This document shows, one piece after another, positions 35,954 to 45,003 of a stretch of DNA of 64,000 nt. The notes under the pieces are model-generated. The model searched no databases, was not told the origin of the DNA, and saw nothing but the letters and a program-made list of their open reading frames with translations. Made by a program: the position numbers and the translations under genes. Within the stretch, counting starts at the first letter, position 1; the number at the start of each line of letters is the position of its first letter. Origin of the DNA: Solirubrobacterales bacterium (GTDB taxonomy: Bacteria > Actinomycetota > Thermoleophilia > Solirubrobacterales > 70-9); contig DAIQOT010000001.1 of the NCBI GenBank assembly GCA_036787695.1, positions 3,843 through 67,842 on the forward strand, in the 5' to 3' direction.

Positions 35954-37147
35954 GTGACGCGCCTCACTCTCGTCGACCTTTTCGCCGGCTGCGGCGGAAT
36001 GACGCGGGGGTTCGAGGACTCGGGCGCCTTTCGGTCCGTGTTCGCCGTCGAGTTCGATCGGGACGCGGCGGCCACGTACGGGGCGAACTTTGGGGACCAC
36101 GTGGCGTGCGGGCCGATCGAGGACGTGGCCGCCTTCCCCGCCGCCGACGTGGTGATCGGCGGGCCACCATGCCAGGGCTTCTCGCCGCTGAACCGGGAGG
36201 CGGTCGGCTTCGAGCGCCGGGGACTGTGGCGCGAGTACCTGCGCGCGCTCGAGGCGATCGAGCCGAGGGCATTCGTGATGGAGAACGTCCCCGAGCTGCT
36301 GCGGTCCGCCGAGTTCGCCGAGTTCCAGAAGCGCGCCGAAGCTCTTGGCTTCGAGGTCGAGAGCGCGATCCTCAACGCCGCCGACTTCGGCGTCCCCCAA
36401 CGCCGCCGCCGAGCGATCGTCATCGGCGTCCGCGAAGGCTCCATCCCCTGGCCCGCCCCGACCCACGCCGACCCCTCGCCCAACCTTCGTCCTTTGGTCG
36501 CCCACAGGGCTACAAAAGGAAGAGGGTTGCCCGCGAACCCGTCGTCGTTTGTCACCCAGAGGGTTACTAAGGACTACAGGTTGCCGCCGGCGCCGGAGGG
36601 GGCCGAGCCTTGGGTCACGTTTCGGGAGGCGGTCGAGGGATTGGCGCTCCAGCCGGACGGGCGGCGGTGGCACCGGGCGAGGAATCCGCGGCCGGAGAGC
36701 GTGCGGCGCTACAAGGCGGTGCCGCGGGACGGGGGCGATCGGTTCGCGATGCAGAGGAACCTCGACCGGGCCGGGCTCGGTGACCTGGTGCCGCGGTGCT
36801 GGCGCAACAAGCCGACCGGGACCACGGATGTCTTCGGCCGCCTCTGGTGGGACCGTCCCGCGATCACGATCCGGACCGAGTTCTTCAAGCCCGAGAAAGG
36901 GCGCTACCTCCACCCCTCCGCCCACCGCCCGATCACCGTCCGCGAGGCCGCCCGCCTGATGTCCTTCAGCGACAACTTCGTCCTCCCCGAGGACCAATCG
37001 ATGTCGAGCATCGCCCGCCAGGTCGGCAACGCCGTCCCGCCCCTCCTCGCCCGCCGCATCGCCGAGGCCTTGGCCGCCGGGCTCGCTGAAGTGACCAAAC
37101 CGGAGCGGATTGAAGCCAGCGAGCGCCCGCTGGGCGCCGTCGCCTAG
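35954..37147 (+). CDS. dcm: DNA (cytosine-5)-methyltransferase
   Basis: Motif I DLFAGCGG, motif IV GGPPCQGFS, ENVPELL, QRRRR, and C-terminal RQVGNAVPP. GTG start. Confidence 0.9.
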   Translation: MTRLTLVDLFAGCGGMTRGFEDSGAFRSVFAVEFDRDAAATYGANFGDHVACGPIEDVAAFPAADVVIGGPPCQGFSPLNREAVGFERRGLWREYLRALEAIEPRAFVMENVPELLRSAEFAEFQKRAEALGFEVESAILNAADFGVPQRRRRAIVIGVREGSIPWPAPTHADPSPNLRPLVAHRATKGRGLPANPSSFVTQRVTKDYRLPPAPEGAEPWVTFREAVEGLALQPDGRRWHRARNPRPESVRRYKAVPRDGGDRFAMQRNLDRAGLGDLVPRCWRNKPTGTTDVFGRLWWDRPAITIRTEFFKPEKGRYLHPSAHRPITVREAARLMSFSDNFVLPEDQSMSSIARQVGNAVPPLLARRIAEALAAGLAEVTKPERIEASERPLGAVA

Positions 37148-37647
37148 ACCCGCGGATCGAGGACGACGATCGGGATAACCCGCGGGTGGGCACGCTCGCG
37201 GTAGGACTCGTAGCCGGGATAGACGGCAACGAACTCCGCCCAGAGCCGCTCCCGCTCCTCATCGTCGGCAAGGCGAGCGCGCACCGGGAGGACCTCGGCG
37301 CCGACCTGCATCGTCGTCTCGGGATTCGCCATCAGGTTGTGGAACCAGGCCGGGTGGGTCGGCTGGCCCGCCTTCGAGGCGACCACCGCGATCACCTCCC
37401 CATCCCGGCGGTACATCAGCGGCGAGGTTCGGACGATGCCGGTCTTGGCCCCTTTGTGGTCGACCAGCGCGATCTCAGCTCCCGGGAAGCCAGGCACCTT
37501 GCGGCCGAGCCGCCCACCGCTACGCCGGTAGAGGGCGACGTGGACCTTGGTCGAACGCCGGCCGAGGTAGACGCCGCGATCGTTCATCGCATCGGCGACG
37601 GCGAGGTTGAGGCGAGCGTTCAGGGACGGCATGGCCACAATCCTCAC
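37144..37647 (-). CDS. Deazaflavin (F420)-dependent nitroreductase family protein (DDN/PF04075-like)
   Basis: LVDHKGAKTGIVRTSPLMY and AGQPTHPAWFHNLMANP blocks. GTG 37647 overlaps the vsr stop. ATG 37632 is an alternative start. Confidence 0.72.
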   Translation of the reverse strand: MRIVAMPSLNARLNLAVADAMNDRGVYLGRRSTKVHVALYRRSGGRLGRKVPGFPGAEIALVDHKGAKTGIVRTSPLMYRRDGEVIAVVASKAGQPTHPAWFHNLMANPETTMQVGAEVLPVRARLADDEERERLWAEFVAVYPGYESYRERAHPRVIPIVVLDPRV

Positions 37648-38072
37648 GATTCCCGCACCGCGGCCTCGACCCGGTCGGCCGCGGGCTCGATCTCCTCGTG
37701 CTCCCAGATCCGGACCACGGTCCAGCCCTCCGCCGCCAAGGCCTCGTTGACCGCGGCGTCACGCTCTTGGTTCCGTCCCAGCTTGTCCTGCCAGAAGGCT
37801 TCGTTGGAGCGGGGCATCGTGCCGTGCTCGGGACAGGAGTGCCAGAAGCAGCCGTCGACGTAGACGGCGACCTTGGCGGGGCCGAAGACGAGGTCGGCGC
37901 GGCTCGGGATCCCTTTGAGGGGGCGGCGGTCGACTCGGTAGCGGAGGCCGCGGCGGTGGAGCTCGGAGCGCAGTTCGAGCTCCGGCGCCGTGTCCCGTCG
38001 ACGGACGCGGGACATCCTTTCGCTGACGCCGACGGAGGAGGGCGTCATCGGCGGGCGGGCTTTGGCGGCCAC
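37644..38072 (-). CDS. vsr: Very-short-patch repair endonuclease
   Basis: The SRVRRRDTAPELELRSELHRRGLRYRV ... VYVDGCFWHSCPEHG ... FWQDKLGRNQERD pattern is characteristic of Vsr. Confidence 0.85.
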   Translation of the reverse strand: MAAKARPPMTPSSVGVSERMSRVRRRDTAPELELRSELHRRGLRYRVDRRPLKGIPSRADLVFGPAKVAVYVDGCFWHSCPEHGTMPRSNEAFWQDKLGRNQERDAAVNEALAAEGWTVVRIWEHEEIEPAADRVEAAVRES

Positions 38073-38143
38073 GCCCTGACTCTAGTGGCGCGCCTCGGTC
38101 GCCCGGGAGGACCCGCCGCGGCCGACATCCCGGATGGACGTCA

Positions 38144-38182
38144 CCTGAGCCGGGCCCGCGTTCGCCGCGAGCCCGGCTCAGG
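38144..38182 (-). terminator. Hairpin after the collagen-like lipoprotein gene
   Basis: Perfect 12-bp arms CCTGAGCCGGGC / GCCCGGCTCAGG with a 15-nt loop. Confidence 0.6.
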
Positions 38183-38197
38183 ACGGTGAGGCCTAGC

Positions 38198-38749
38198 TCA
38201 GGGGACGACGATGTTGAAGGTCAGGTCCGTCAGCCCGCCGCCGACGGCTTCCGTGACGACCTCGTAGTTGGCGTTGCCGCCGCACTGATTCGGCACGACC
38301 TGGTAGATGATCCCGGGCTGCCCCAGGGTCAGGGCGAGCGGCGTGCCCTGTTTCGGCGCCGGAACGCAGGTGACGCCCGGCTGCGGATTGCTCGGTTCCC
38401 CGGTGAACCCGACGTTCTGTTTGAACGTCATGCTGTTGGCGCCGTTCGGGCCGATCACGCCGTAGGCGGCGGCGGTGCCGGGGGCGCCGGCGGCACCGGG
38501 CGCTCCCGCGGGGCCCGCCGGGCCGGTCGCGCCCTTCGGTCCTGGCTTGCCGGCGCCGGCGTTCTTCTTCGCCACCTTGGCGGCGATCTTGCCGACTTCC
38601 TTCTTCTGCGGCCCGGTCAGCTTGCCGGCGGCGAAGGCGCCGCCGGTGCAGGCGAGCACCAAGGCGAAGACGGCGAGGATCAGGCCGGCCTTCCCGAACG
38701 GTTCGCGACGGCCGCGCGAGGCGCGCGGGCGTGACAGACGAGATTTCAC
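38198..38749 (-). CDS. Small collagen-like lipoprotein (8 Gly-X-Y triplets plus about 90-aa C-terminal globular domain)
   Basis: GTG 38749 with an AAAGGA Shine-Dalgarno. Signal peptide with lipobox VLAC. Triplet run GKPGPKGATGPAGPAGAPGAAGAPG. Confidence 0.62.
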   Translation of the reverse strand: MKSRLSRPRASRGRREPFGKAGLILAVFALVLACTGGAFAAGKLTGPQKKEVGKIAAKVAKKNAGAGKPGPKGATGPAGPAGAPGAAGAPGTAAAYGVIGPNGANSMTFKQNVGFTGEPSNPQPGVTCVPAPKQGTPLALTLGQPGIIYQVVPNQCGGNANYEVVTEAVGGGLTDLTFNIVVP

Positions 38750-38953
38750 GTGTGGATTCCTTTCGGTTCTAACCCGGAAGGAGTCCGGGCCACTCGGACG
38801 AGTGGCGGCACCTCTGCAGGCCCGCACGGCCGGGCAGTATGCGGCCCCCTCGGGGGCAACCGTTAGGACCTCTGAGCATGATTCTGGGACGAGAGCGCAC
38901 ACTTGCGCGTCAGTCTCAGCAGGCCGCCCCGGGCGGCGTAAAAGTGGTGCGGC

Positions 38954-40144
38954 TCAGCCTTCGGGGAAGGCGATGACCTGGTTGTTCAGCGGCAGCTCAT
39001 CGTGCCGCGCGCCGAGTTCGTCGCGGGTGATTTTCGCCGTTTCGCCCGCTTCGATCCCGGAGAGGTTGGTCAGCTCCCCTTCGACGGTGAAGTTCGTGAA
39101 GCGGTAGGGCATCCCGTTCGAGGCGAGCGGATGGGGGCTGTCCATGACGTGGAAGTGGAGGTGCGGGGCGTTCGAGTTGCCGCTGTTGCCGAGCAGGCCG
39201 AGGGTCTGGCCGACCTTCACCTTCTGGCCCACCTTGACCCGGACCGTCCCCGGCTGCAGGTGCGCGTAGAAGGCAAAGTGGCCGCCGCCGAAGGAGACGA
39301 CGACGTGGTTGCCCCCGGCGCGTTCGGCGGTGATCGCGGGCGGGAAGGCGCCGGCCGGCGTGTTGGGGATGTTGTCGACGACGCCGACGACGGTGCCCGC
39401 GGTCGCCGAGTGGACTTCGTCGCCGAAGTAGGGGTAGCTCGAGAGCTGGTCGAGCGGGCCCTCGAAGAGCCGCCCGAGCGGGTCGATCTGGACGAAGTCG
39501 ATGGCGAAGCGCTCGGCCACGTGGGGCGCGCCGTTGACCGGCAGCACGGTCCCGCGGTGGGCGGTGAATTCCGAGCAGCAGCCGTTGGCGACTACCCAGC
39601 CGGGGCCGCGCAGCGGCGGGGCGAGCACGACCGCCTGGCGGCGGGTCACCTTGGTCGGGGCGATTTCGTAGTTGGTCGCGACGGCGGCCTGCTTGGGATC
39701 CATCGAGAGCGAGATCCGGTGGGTCAGCTCGGCGGGCACCTTCGCCTTGCGCGGCAGGCTGACGTCCATCAGCACGTAGGCGCCCTGCCCCGGTTTCAGC
39801 TTGATCGAGTGCGGCGTCTGCCCGTAGGGCGCCATCACCGCTTCGAGCGCCTTGCCGGAGAGCTTCTCCGCGACCCTGCCGTCGGCGAGCGCTTCGAGCT
39901 TGTGGATCGTGACGACCGACTGGGTGCGGTTGATCAGCTGCAGCTCGTAGGCGAGTTCGTTGCGGCCGTTGGAGGCGAGGACCGGTTCCGGCGAGGCGAT
40001 CGGGTTGCCGACGACCGGGGTCAGCTGTTCCGGTTCGTGCGGGACGGCCGCGGCGGGCGCCGCGAAGACGATCGCGAGGAGCGCGGTGAGCAGGAGGAGG
40101 GGGGCGACCGCTCGGGTGCCGAGCGCTGATCGGGGGCGAAGCAT
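38954..40144 (-). CDS. Secreted M23-family metallopeptidase
   Basis: Signal peptide. LGNSGNSNAPHLHFHV (HxH) and the upstream HxxxD region are typical of LytM/M23. Confidence 0.8.
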   Translation of the reverse strand: MLRPRSALGTRAVAPLLLLTALLAIVFAAPAAAVPHEPEQLTPVVGNPIASPEPVLASNGRNELAYELQLINRTQSVVTIHKLEALADGRVAEKLSGKALEAVMAPYGQTPHSIKLKPGQGAYVLMDVSLPRKAKVPAELTHRISLSMDPKQAAVATNYEIAPTKVTRRQAVVLAPPLRGPGWVVANGCCSEFTAHRGTVLPVNGAPHVAERFAIDFVQIDPLGRLFEGPLDQLSSYPYFGDEVHSATAGTVVGVVDNIPNTPAGAFPPAITAERAGGNHVVVSFGGGHFAFYAHLQPGTVRVKVGQKVKVGQTLGLLGNSGNSNAPHLHFHVMDSPHPLASNGMPYRFTNFTVEGELTNLSGIEAGETAKITRDELGARHDELPLNNQVIAFPEG

Positions 40145-40207
40145 CGGCCTCGAACCCTAGGGATCCCTACCGGACAAGAAAACCGATCTGGACGAAAGGT
40201 CGGCCGC

Positions 40208-40252
40208 GGCGTTCGCACTTTCCCGTAGTGGTCACGGGGAAGTGCGAACGCC
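40208..40252 (-). terminator. Hairpin after the giant surface-protein gene (G-unit family)
   Basis: Arms GGCGTTCGCACTTTCCCG / CGGGGAAGTGCGAACGCC match at 17 of 18 positions. Confidence 0.65.
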
Positions 40253-40260
40253 CGCCGGGG

Positions 40261-43200
40261 CTAGCGGGAGACGACGACGATCGCCGTCTGGGTCAGCGTG
40301 TGGCCGCCGACCGAGAGCTCGACCTTCACCTTGTGGCGGCCGAGTGAGGTGCTCTTGCCGACCTTCAGGTCAAGCGTCAGCCTGCGGGTCTCGTGCGCCT
40401 TCAGCGTCGAGATCTTCACCGTCGAGCTACCGTTGCCGGAGAGCGAATCCGCCTTCAGCTTGGCGCCCGAGAGCGCCCCGACGGTGTCGTTCCTCAGCTT
40501 GAACTGGAGGTGCGCGGTGCCACCGCGGCGAGCGTCCGCGTCCCCGCCGGAGGTGGTGAAGCTGACGACGCCGTTCTTGCCGGCCGGGCCGGTCGCGCCG
40601 CGCGGACCTGCGGGACCCGTGTCGCCCTTCGCTCCGGTATCGCCCTTGTCACCCTTCGGACCGACCGGGCCGGTGTCGCCCTTTTCACCCTTGTCGCCCT
40701 TGGCGCCGGCGGCTCCGGTGGGACCCGTGGGACCGGGAGCCCCGGTTGCGCCAGTGGCACCCGCAGCGCCCGGGTCACCCGGGTCACCCTTCGAGCCGGG
40801 ATCGCCCGGGGCACCGGGGTTGCCCTGGGGGCCAGTGGGACCGGTGTCGCCGGTGTCGCCCTTTTCACCTTGCGGGAGGCCGGTGCTGGTCCCGGTCAGC
40901 GCGAGGGTGAGCGGGCTATCGACCGCGTTCGAGGCGATCACCAGCTGCGCGTTCGAGGTCGCGTTTTCGCGCGAGGGCGAGAAACGGACCAGGACTTCGC
41001 AGCTCTGCCCCGGGCTGAGGACGACGCCGCTGCAGTGGTCGGCAGCGAGGATGAAGTCACCCGCCGATTCGCGGTTGGCCTCTTCGATCCCGACGTTGAG
41101 GACCTGCGCCTGGCCGATCCCGGTGTTGGTGACTTTCACCCACTGGCCGGGGCCGACCGTGCCGACCGCCTGGCTCGGGAAGACCGGCGCCGCCGCGCTC
41201 AGCTCCGGGTCGGCGGCAATCACGCCGGGCGAGCCGATTTCGCCGGCCGCGTTTTTGAAGGCGCCGTCGGTGCCGGCGGCGCTTTTGGTCGTCAGCGCCG
41301 TGTCAGCTTCGCCGCCGGCGGGGGTGCCGTGGGCGTTGTCGAAGCTGACCCCGGAGGTGGCGGCGCCGAAGGTGACTCCGGTGACCTTCGTCCCGTCGGA
41401 CTCGAACAGGTTCACCGCGTCGCCGCCGGAGCTGAGCCCGACGCCGGAGCCGTGGTAGGTCCCGACCTTCAGGCCGGGGACGGAGGCGGTGCCGAACCAG
41501 GCCGTCTCGAAGACGCCCACCTTTGCGGCCCCTTCTTCGGTTTCGATGAACAGCACCGATTCACCGGGTTCGATCGTCGAGACGCCTTCGAGCGCGACTG
41601 CGGTGGCGAACGCGTTCGAGCTGTCGTCCATCTTCCAGCCGCTGACGTCGACCGCGGTCGAGCCGGCGTTGGTGAGCTCGAACCAGTCGGTTTCGTAGCC
41701 GTCGCCCGGCGTGCTGCCGGTCGGGTCGACCTCGGTGATCGTCACTTCCGGCAGCGTCGGGGGCGGCGGGGTCGAGTTGACGATCGTCCCCGGCGAGCCG
41801 GTTTCGCCTTTCGCGTTGGTGAAGGCGCCGTTGGTGCCCGCGACGCTCGGGGTCGAGATCGTCGGGCTCGTCGCTTCGGCGCTGCCGAGGCCGGCCGCGT
41901 TGTCGAGCGTCGCCGCGCTCGTCGTGGCGCCGAAGCTGACGCCGGTGATCTTCGTTTCGTCGGCGGCGAAGATGTTCACGCCGTCACCGCTGGAGCTGAG
42001 GCCGACGCTGGAGCCGTGGTAGGTCCCGACCTGCAGGCCGGCGACCGGGGTCGCGCCGAACCAGGCGGTCTCGAAGAGCCCCACTTTGGCGGCTTCTTCG
42101 GCTTCGATGAACACCACCGATTCGCCGGGTTCGACCGTCGGGATCCCTTCCAGCGCGACTGCGGTGGCGAACGCGTCGGAGCTGTCGTCCATCTTCCAGC
42201 TGGTGAGGTCGACCGGTTCGGTGCCCATGTTGGTGAGCTCGAACCAGTCGGTTTCGTAGCCGTCGCCCGGCGTGCTGCCGGTCGGGTCGACCTCGGTGAT
42301 CTTGATGTCGGGGAGCGCCGGCGGGACGGGAGTCGACGTCGCGCCCGGCGAGCCGATCTGGTCGTGGGCGACGAAGGCCCCGTTGACGCCGTCCACGCTG
42401 AGCGCGGTGATCGCGACCGGCGCCTGGTAGTTACCGAGGCCCGCGGCGTTTTCGAAGCTCGCCGCGGCGGTCAGGACGCTGCCCGTTTTGGTGCCTTCGT
42501 TGGCGCCGAAGCTGACGCCGGTGATGCGGTCGCCTTCGGAGTCGAAGACGTTGACCGCGTCGCCGCTCCCGCTGAGGCCGACGCCGCTGCCGTTGTACGT
42601 GCCGACCTGGAGGCCGCCCGGGACACTCGAGCCGAACCAGGAGGCCTCGAATTTGGCGACGACTTCGGCTTCCTGCTGCGTGGTCAGGCCGACGGCCGTT
42701 TCCACGAAGAGGACCGATTCGCCGGGGGCGATGCTGCCCGCGCCGTTGAGCGCGACGGCGGTGGCGAACGCGTTCGAGCTGTCGTCCATTTTCAGGCCGG
42801 TGGCGCTGACGGGAACCGGGGACTCGTTGGTTAGCTCAAACCAGTCGGCGCTGTATTCGGGCCAGTTGCTGCCCCAGGGGGCGACCTCGGTGACGGCCAG
42901 CGGGCTCTTGACCGGAGCGGTTCCCGGCGAGCCGACTTCGGTGCCGCCGTCGGGGCTGAAGGCTTCGTTCGTGCCGACGGTGCTCAGGGTGGAGATCACC
43001 GGGTCGACGGTGGCGCCGACGCCGACCGCGGTGGTGTTGTCGAAGGTGCCGAAAGGCGCCACCGAGGGCGAGGCGTTGAATTCGACGCCGGAGACTTTGG
43101 CTCCGGTCGAGTCGTAGATGTTGACCTGGTCATTGCCCGAGTTCAGGCCGACTTCGGGCAGCCAGCCGATCTGGAAGCCGGCGGGCTCGCCGCCCGGGAA

Positions 43201-44844
43201 CCAGTCGGCGATGAATTTGGCGACGTTCGCTTCGCCGACGTTGGCGTGGCCTTCTTCGTCACCGTTGACGAACACCGCCGAGCGTCCCGGCGCCAGGCTG
43301 CTAACGCCTTCCAGCGGCACCGCCGACGCGAAGGACGCGTGGCTGTCGTTCATTTTCCAGCCGGTCAGGTCGACTTTGGTCGTGCCGACGTTGGTCAGCT
43401 CGAACCAGTCGGCTTCGACCCGGCTTTTGCCACTGCCCCAGGGGGCGACTTCGGTGATCGCGACCTGCGCGGTCGAGGTTCCGCCGGAGTTAGGCGTGAC
43501 GGTCAGCTTGTAGGGCTGGCTGGTTTTTTCGGAGATGGCGCCGAAGGCCGGGTCCTCGACCGTGACCGACACTTCGTATTCGGCCTGGGTCGCCGCGTTC
43601 AGCACCGTCCCGGACTTCAGGTAGAGACCGTTGTGGTCGACTTCGAAGTGGGTCGCGTCGGGGCCGGTCACGGTGAGGTTGTTTTCGCCGTAGCCATCGG
43701 GGTCGACGACCGTGACCGTCGCGACCTTGACCCGCGCGCCGGTGGTCGATTCGGGCAGCGCGTTCGTCTCGTTGCCGAGGGTCACTTCGGTCGGCGGCGT
43801 GCCGGCGTTCCCCTGCGGTTCGTAGACCCACATCTGCGGGTGCGCCTGGCTGCCGCCGCCGTCCTCGTCGACGATGTAGATGAAGCCGTTCTGGTCCATC
43901 GTCACGCCCTCGTTGGTCATGTCGGGGACGGAGATCGTGTCGGACGGTTCGGCGAGCTCGGCGAGGCGGCTGTTGACGTGGCCGCTGCGGCTGATGTTCA
44001 CGACTTCGCCCGATTCCTGGCTGATGACCAGGAGGTTTTCTTCTTCGGCGGCGGAGATGCCGGGGACGTTGGCCAGCGCGTAGACGTCGGAGAAGTCGAG
44101 GGTGCCGACGTCGACGGCCGGGAAGAGTTCGCCTTCGCCCGGTCCGGTGCCTTCGGCTTCGAAGTTCGTCGCCGTGGGCGGGGTCGCATCCCAGTCGATG
44201 TCGGTGGAGTAGATGCGCTCCGGGCCCGATTCTTTGATCGCGATCATGTGACCCGGGTTGAGCGGATCGTCGGTGACCCCCTCGATGCCGATGTTGTCGT
44301 TGGGCTTGCCGATCGTCACCGTTTTCGAGCCGGACCGATGCAGTTCACCGCCCGGGACGTAGGTGAAGAGGTCGAGTTTCGATTCGCGCTCCTCGGTGAT
44401 CACGAGTTCCGGTTCGCTGTTCGCGCCCGGGGTGGCGATGTAAGCGATGCCCTCGGTGTCGTAGAAGGTCTCGTTGGAGGGACGGCCCACTTCCGGGGCG
44501 AGCGTCATCGAGCTGAGCAGCTTGCCTTCTTTGTCGACTTCGACGACCGAGGTACCGCCGTCACCGACGACGTAGAGGTGTTCGTTGGCCGGGTCGTAGG
44601 TGACGCCGGAGGCCTCTTCGGCGAGCAGGCTGTTCGGGGGCGCAACGGTGCCGGGAGGAAGCGGCAGTTCGTAGCGGTGGATCCGCTTGTACTGAGCCAG
44701 GTTGACCGTGTTCACCGCCGCCGAGGCGGAGGAGATCGCCACCGCGAGAAGTGCGACGATCGCCAGCGCGAAGGCGATCGTGAGGCCGCGCAGCCGGCGA
44801 GGGCGCGCGGGGCGGGTGGGCGAGGCGGCGACGGGCTCGGTCAT
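40261..44844 (-). CDS. Giant secreted multidomain protein: propeller-like (SdiA-regulated/YjiK-like) + cadherin-like + 4 lamin-tail-like (LTD) repeats + choice-of-anchor-D-like + collagen triple-helix + C-terminal Ig-like domain
   Basis: 1527 aa from ATG 44844 (GGGAG Shine-Dalgarno). N-terminal signal/TM segment. Four DWFELTN ... GWKMDD units. 33 Gly-X-Y triplets. Domain names are assigned by motif memory only. Confidence 0.8.
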   Translation of the reverse strand: MTEPVAASPTRPARPRRLRGLTIAFALAIVALLAVAISSASAAVNTVNLAQYKRIHRYELPLPPGTVAPPNSLLAEEASGVTYDPANEHLYVVGDGGTSVVEVDKEGKLLSSMTLAPEVGRPSNETFYDTEGIAYIATPGANSEPELVITEERESKLDLFTYVPGGELHRSGSKTVTIGKPNDNIGIEGVTDDPLNPGHMIAIKESGPERIYSTDIDWDATPPTATNFEAEGTGPGEGELFPAVDVGTLDFSDVYALANVPGISAAEEENLLVISQESGEVVNISRSGHVNSRLAELAEPSDTISVPDMTNEGVTMDQNGFIYIVDEDGGGSQAHPQMWVYEPQGNAGTPPTEVTLGNETNALPESTTGARVKVATVTVVDPDGYGENNLTVTGPDATHFEVDHNGLYLKSGTVLNAATQAEYEVSVTVEDPAFGAISEKTSQPYKLTVTPNSGGTSTAQVAITEVAPWGSGKSRVEADWFELTNVGTTKVDLTGWKMNDSHASFASAVPLEGVSSLAPGRSAVFVNGDEEGHANVGEANVAKFIADWFPGGEPAGFQIGWLPEVGLNSGNDQVNIYDSTGAKVSGVEFNASPSVAPFGTFDNTTAVGVGATVDPVISTLSTVGTNEAFSPDGGTEVGSPGTAPVKSPLAVTEVAPWGSNWPEYSADWFELTNESPVPVSATGLKMDDSSNAFATAVALNGAGSIAPGESVLFVETAVGLTTQQEAEVVAKFEASWFGSSVPGGLQVGTYNGSGVGLSGSGDAVNVFDSEGDRITGVSFGANEGTKTGSVLTAAASFENAAGLGNYQAPVAITALSVDGVNGAFVAHDQIGSPGATSTPVPPALPDIKITEVDPTGSTPGDGYETDWFELTNMGTEPVDLTSWKMDDSSDAFATAVALEGIPTVEPGESVVFIEAEEAAKVGLFETAWFGATPVAGLQVGTYHGSSVGLSSSGDGVNIFAADETKITGVSFGATTSAATLDNAAGLGSAEATSPTISTPSVAGTNGAFTNAKGETGSPGTIVNSTPPPPTLPEVTITEVDPTGSTPGDGYETDWFELTNAGSTAVDVSGWKMDDSSNAFATAVALEGVSTIEPGESVLFIETEEGAAKVGVFETAWFGTASVPGLKVGTYHGSGVGLSSGGDAVNLFESDGTKVTGVTFGAATSGVSFDNAHGTPAGGEADTALTTKSAAGTDGAFKNAAGEIGSPGVIAADPELSAAAPVFPSQAVGTVGPGQWVKVTNTGIGQAQVLNVGIEEANRESAGDFILAADHCSGVVLSPGQSCEVLVRFSPSRENATSNAQLVIASNAVDSPLTLALTGTSTGLPQGEKGDTGDTGPTGPQGNPGAPGDPGSKGDPGDPGAAGATGATGAPGPTGPTGAAGAKGDKGEKGDTGPVGPKGDKGDTGAKGDTGPAGPRGATGPAGKNGVVSFTTSGGDADARRGGTAHLQFKLRNDTVGALSGAKLKADSLSGNGSSTVKISTLKAHETRRLTLDLKVGKSTSLGRHKVKVELSVGGHTLTQTAIVVVSR
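40570..40869 (-). repeat. Collagen-like Gly-X-Y region (33 triplets) inside the giant CDS
   Basis: GEKGDTGDTGPTGPQG ... GPAGKNG counted directly from the translation. Confidence 0.9.
41215..42336 (-). repeat. Intragenic tandem duplication, two 561-nt (187-aa) LTD-containing units
   Basis: The 72-nt tract 41669-41740 is identical to 42230-42301, giving a 561-nt period. Flanking sequence is similar but diverged. Outer unit boundaries are approximate. Confidence 0.75.
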
Positions 44845-45003
44845 CAAGGCTCCCTGTTCGAGGTGATCCCACCGATCAGATACCGGCGGCAGCGCGGGGA
44901 AGCCTGTCGTCAGTTTTCAACCGACTTGTGAACGGATTGAGTCCGTGATGTAAAGAACTTGTGACCCTTTAATTCGGGTCTCAGCGACTACCCGAAGAAG
45001 GGC

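Noticed and set aside
37144-37647. Gene between dcm and vsr as the missing restriction endonuclease
   Set aside because: The sequence matches the deazaflavin-dependent nitroreductase/PF04075 pattern (HPAWFHNLMANP). It has no PD-(D/E)xK or HNH-like motif.
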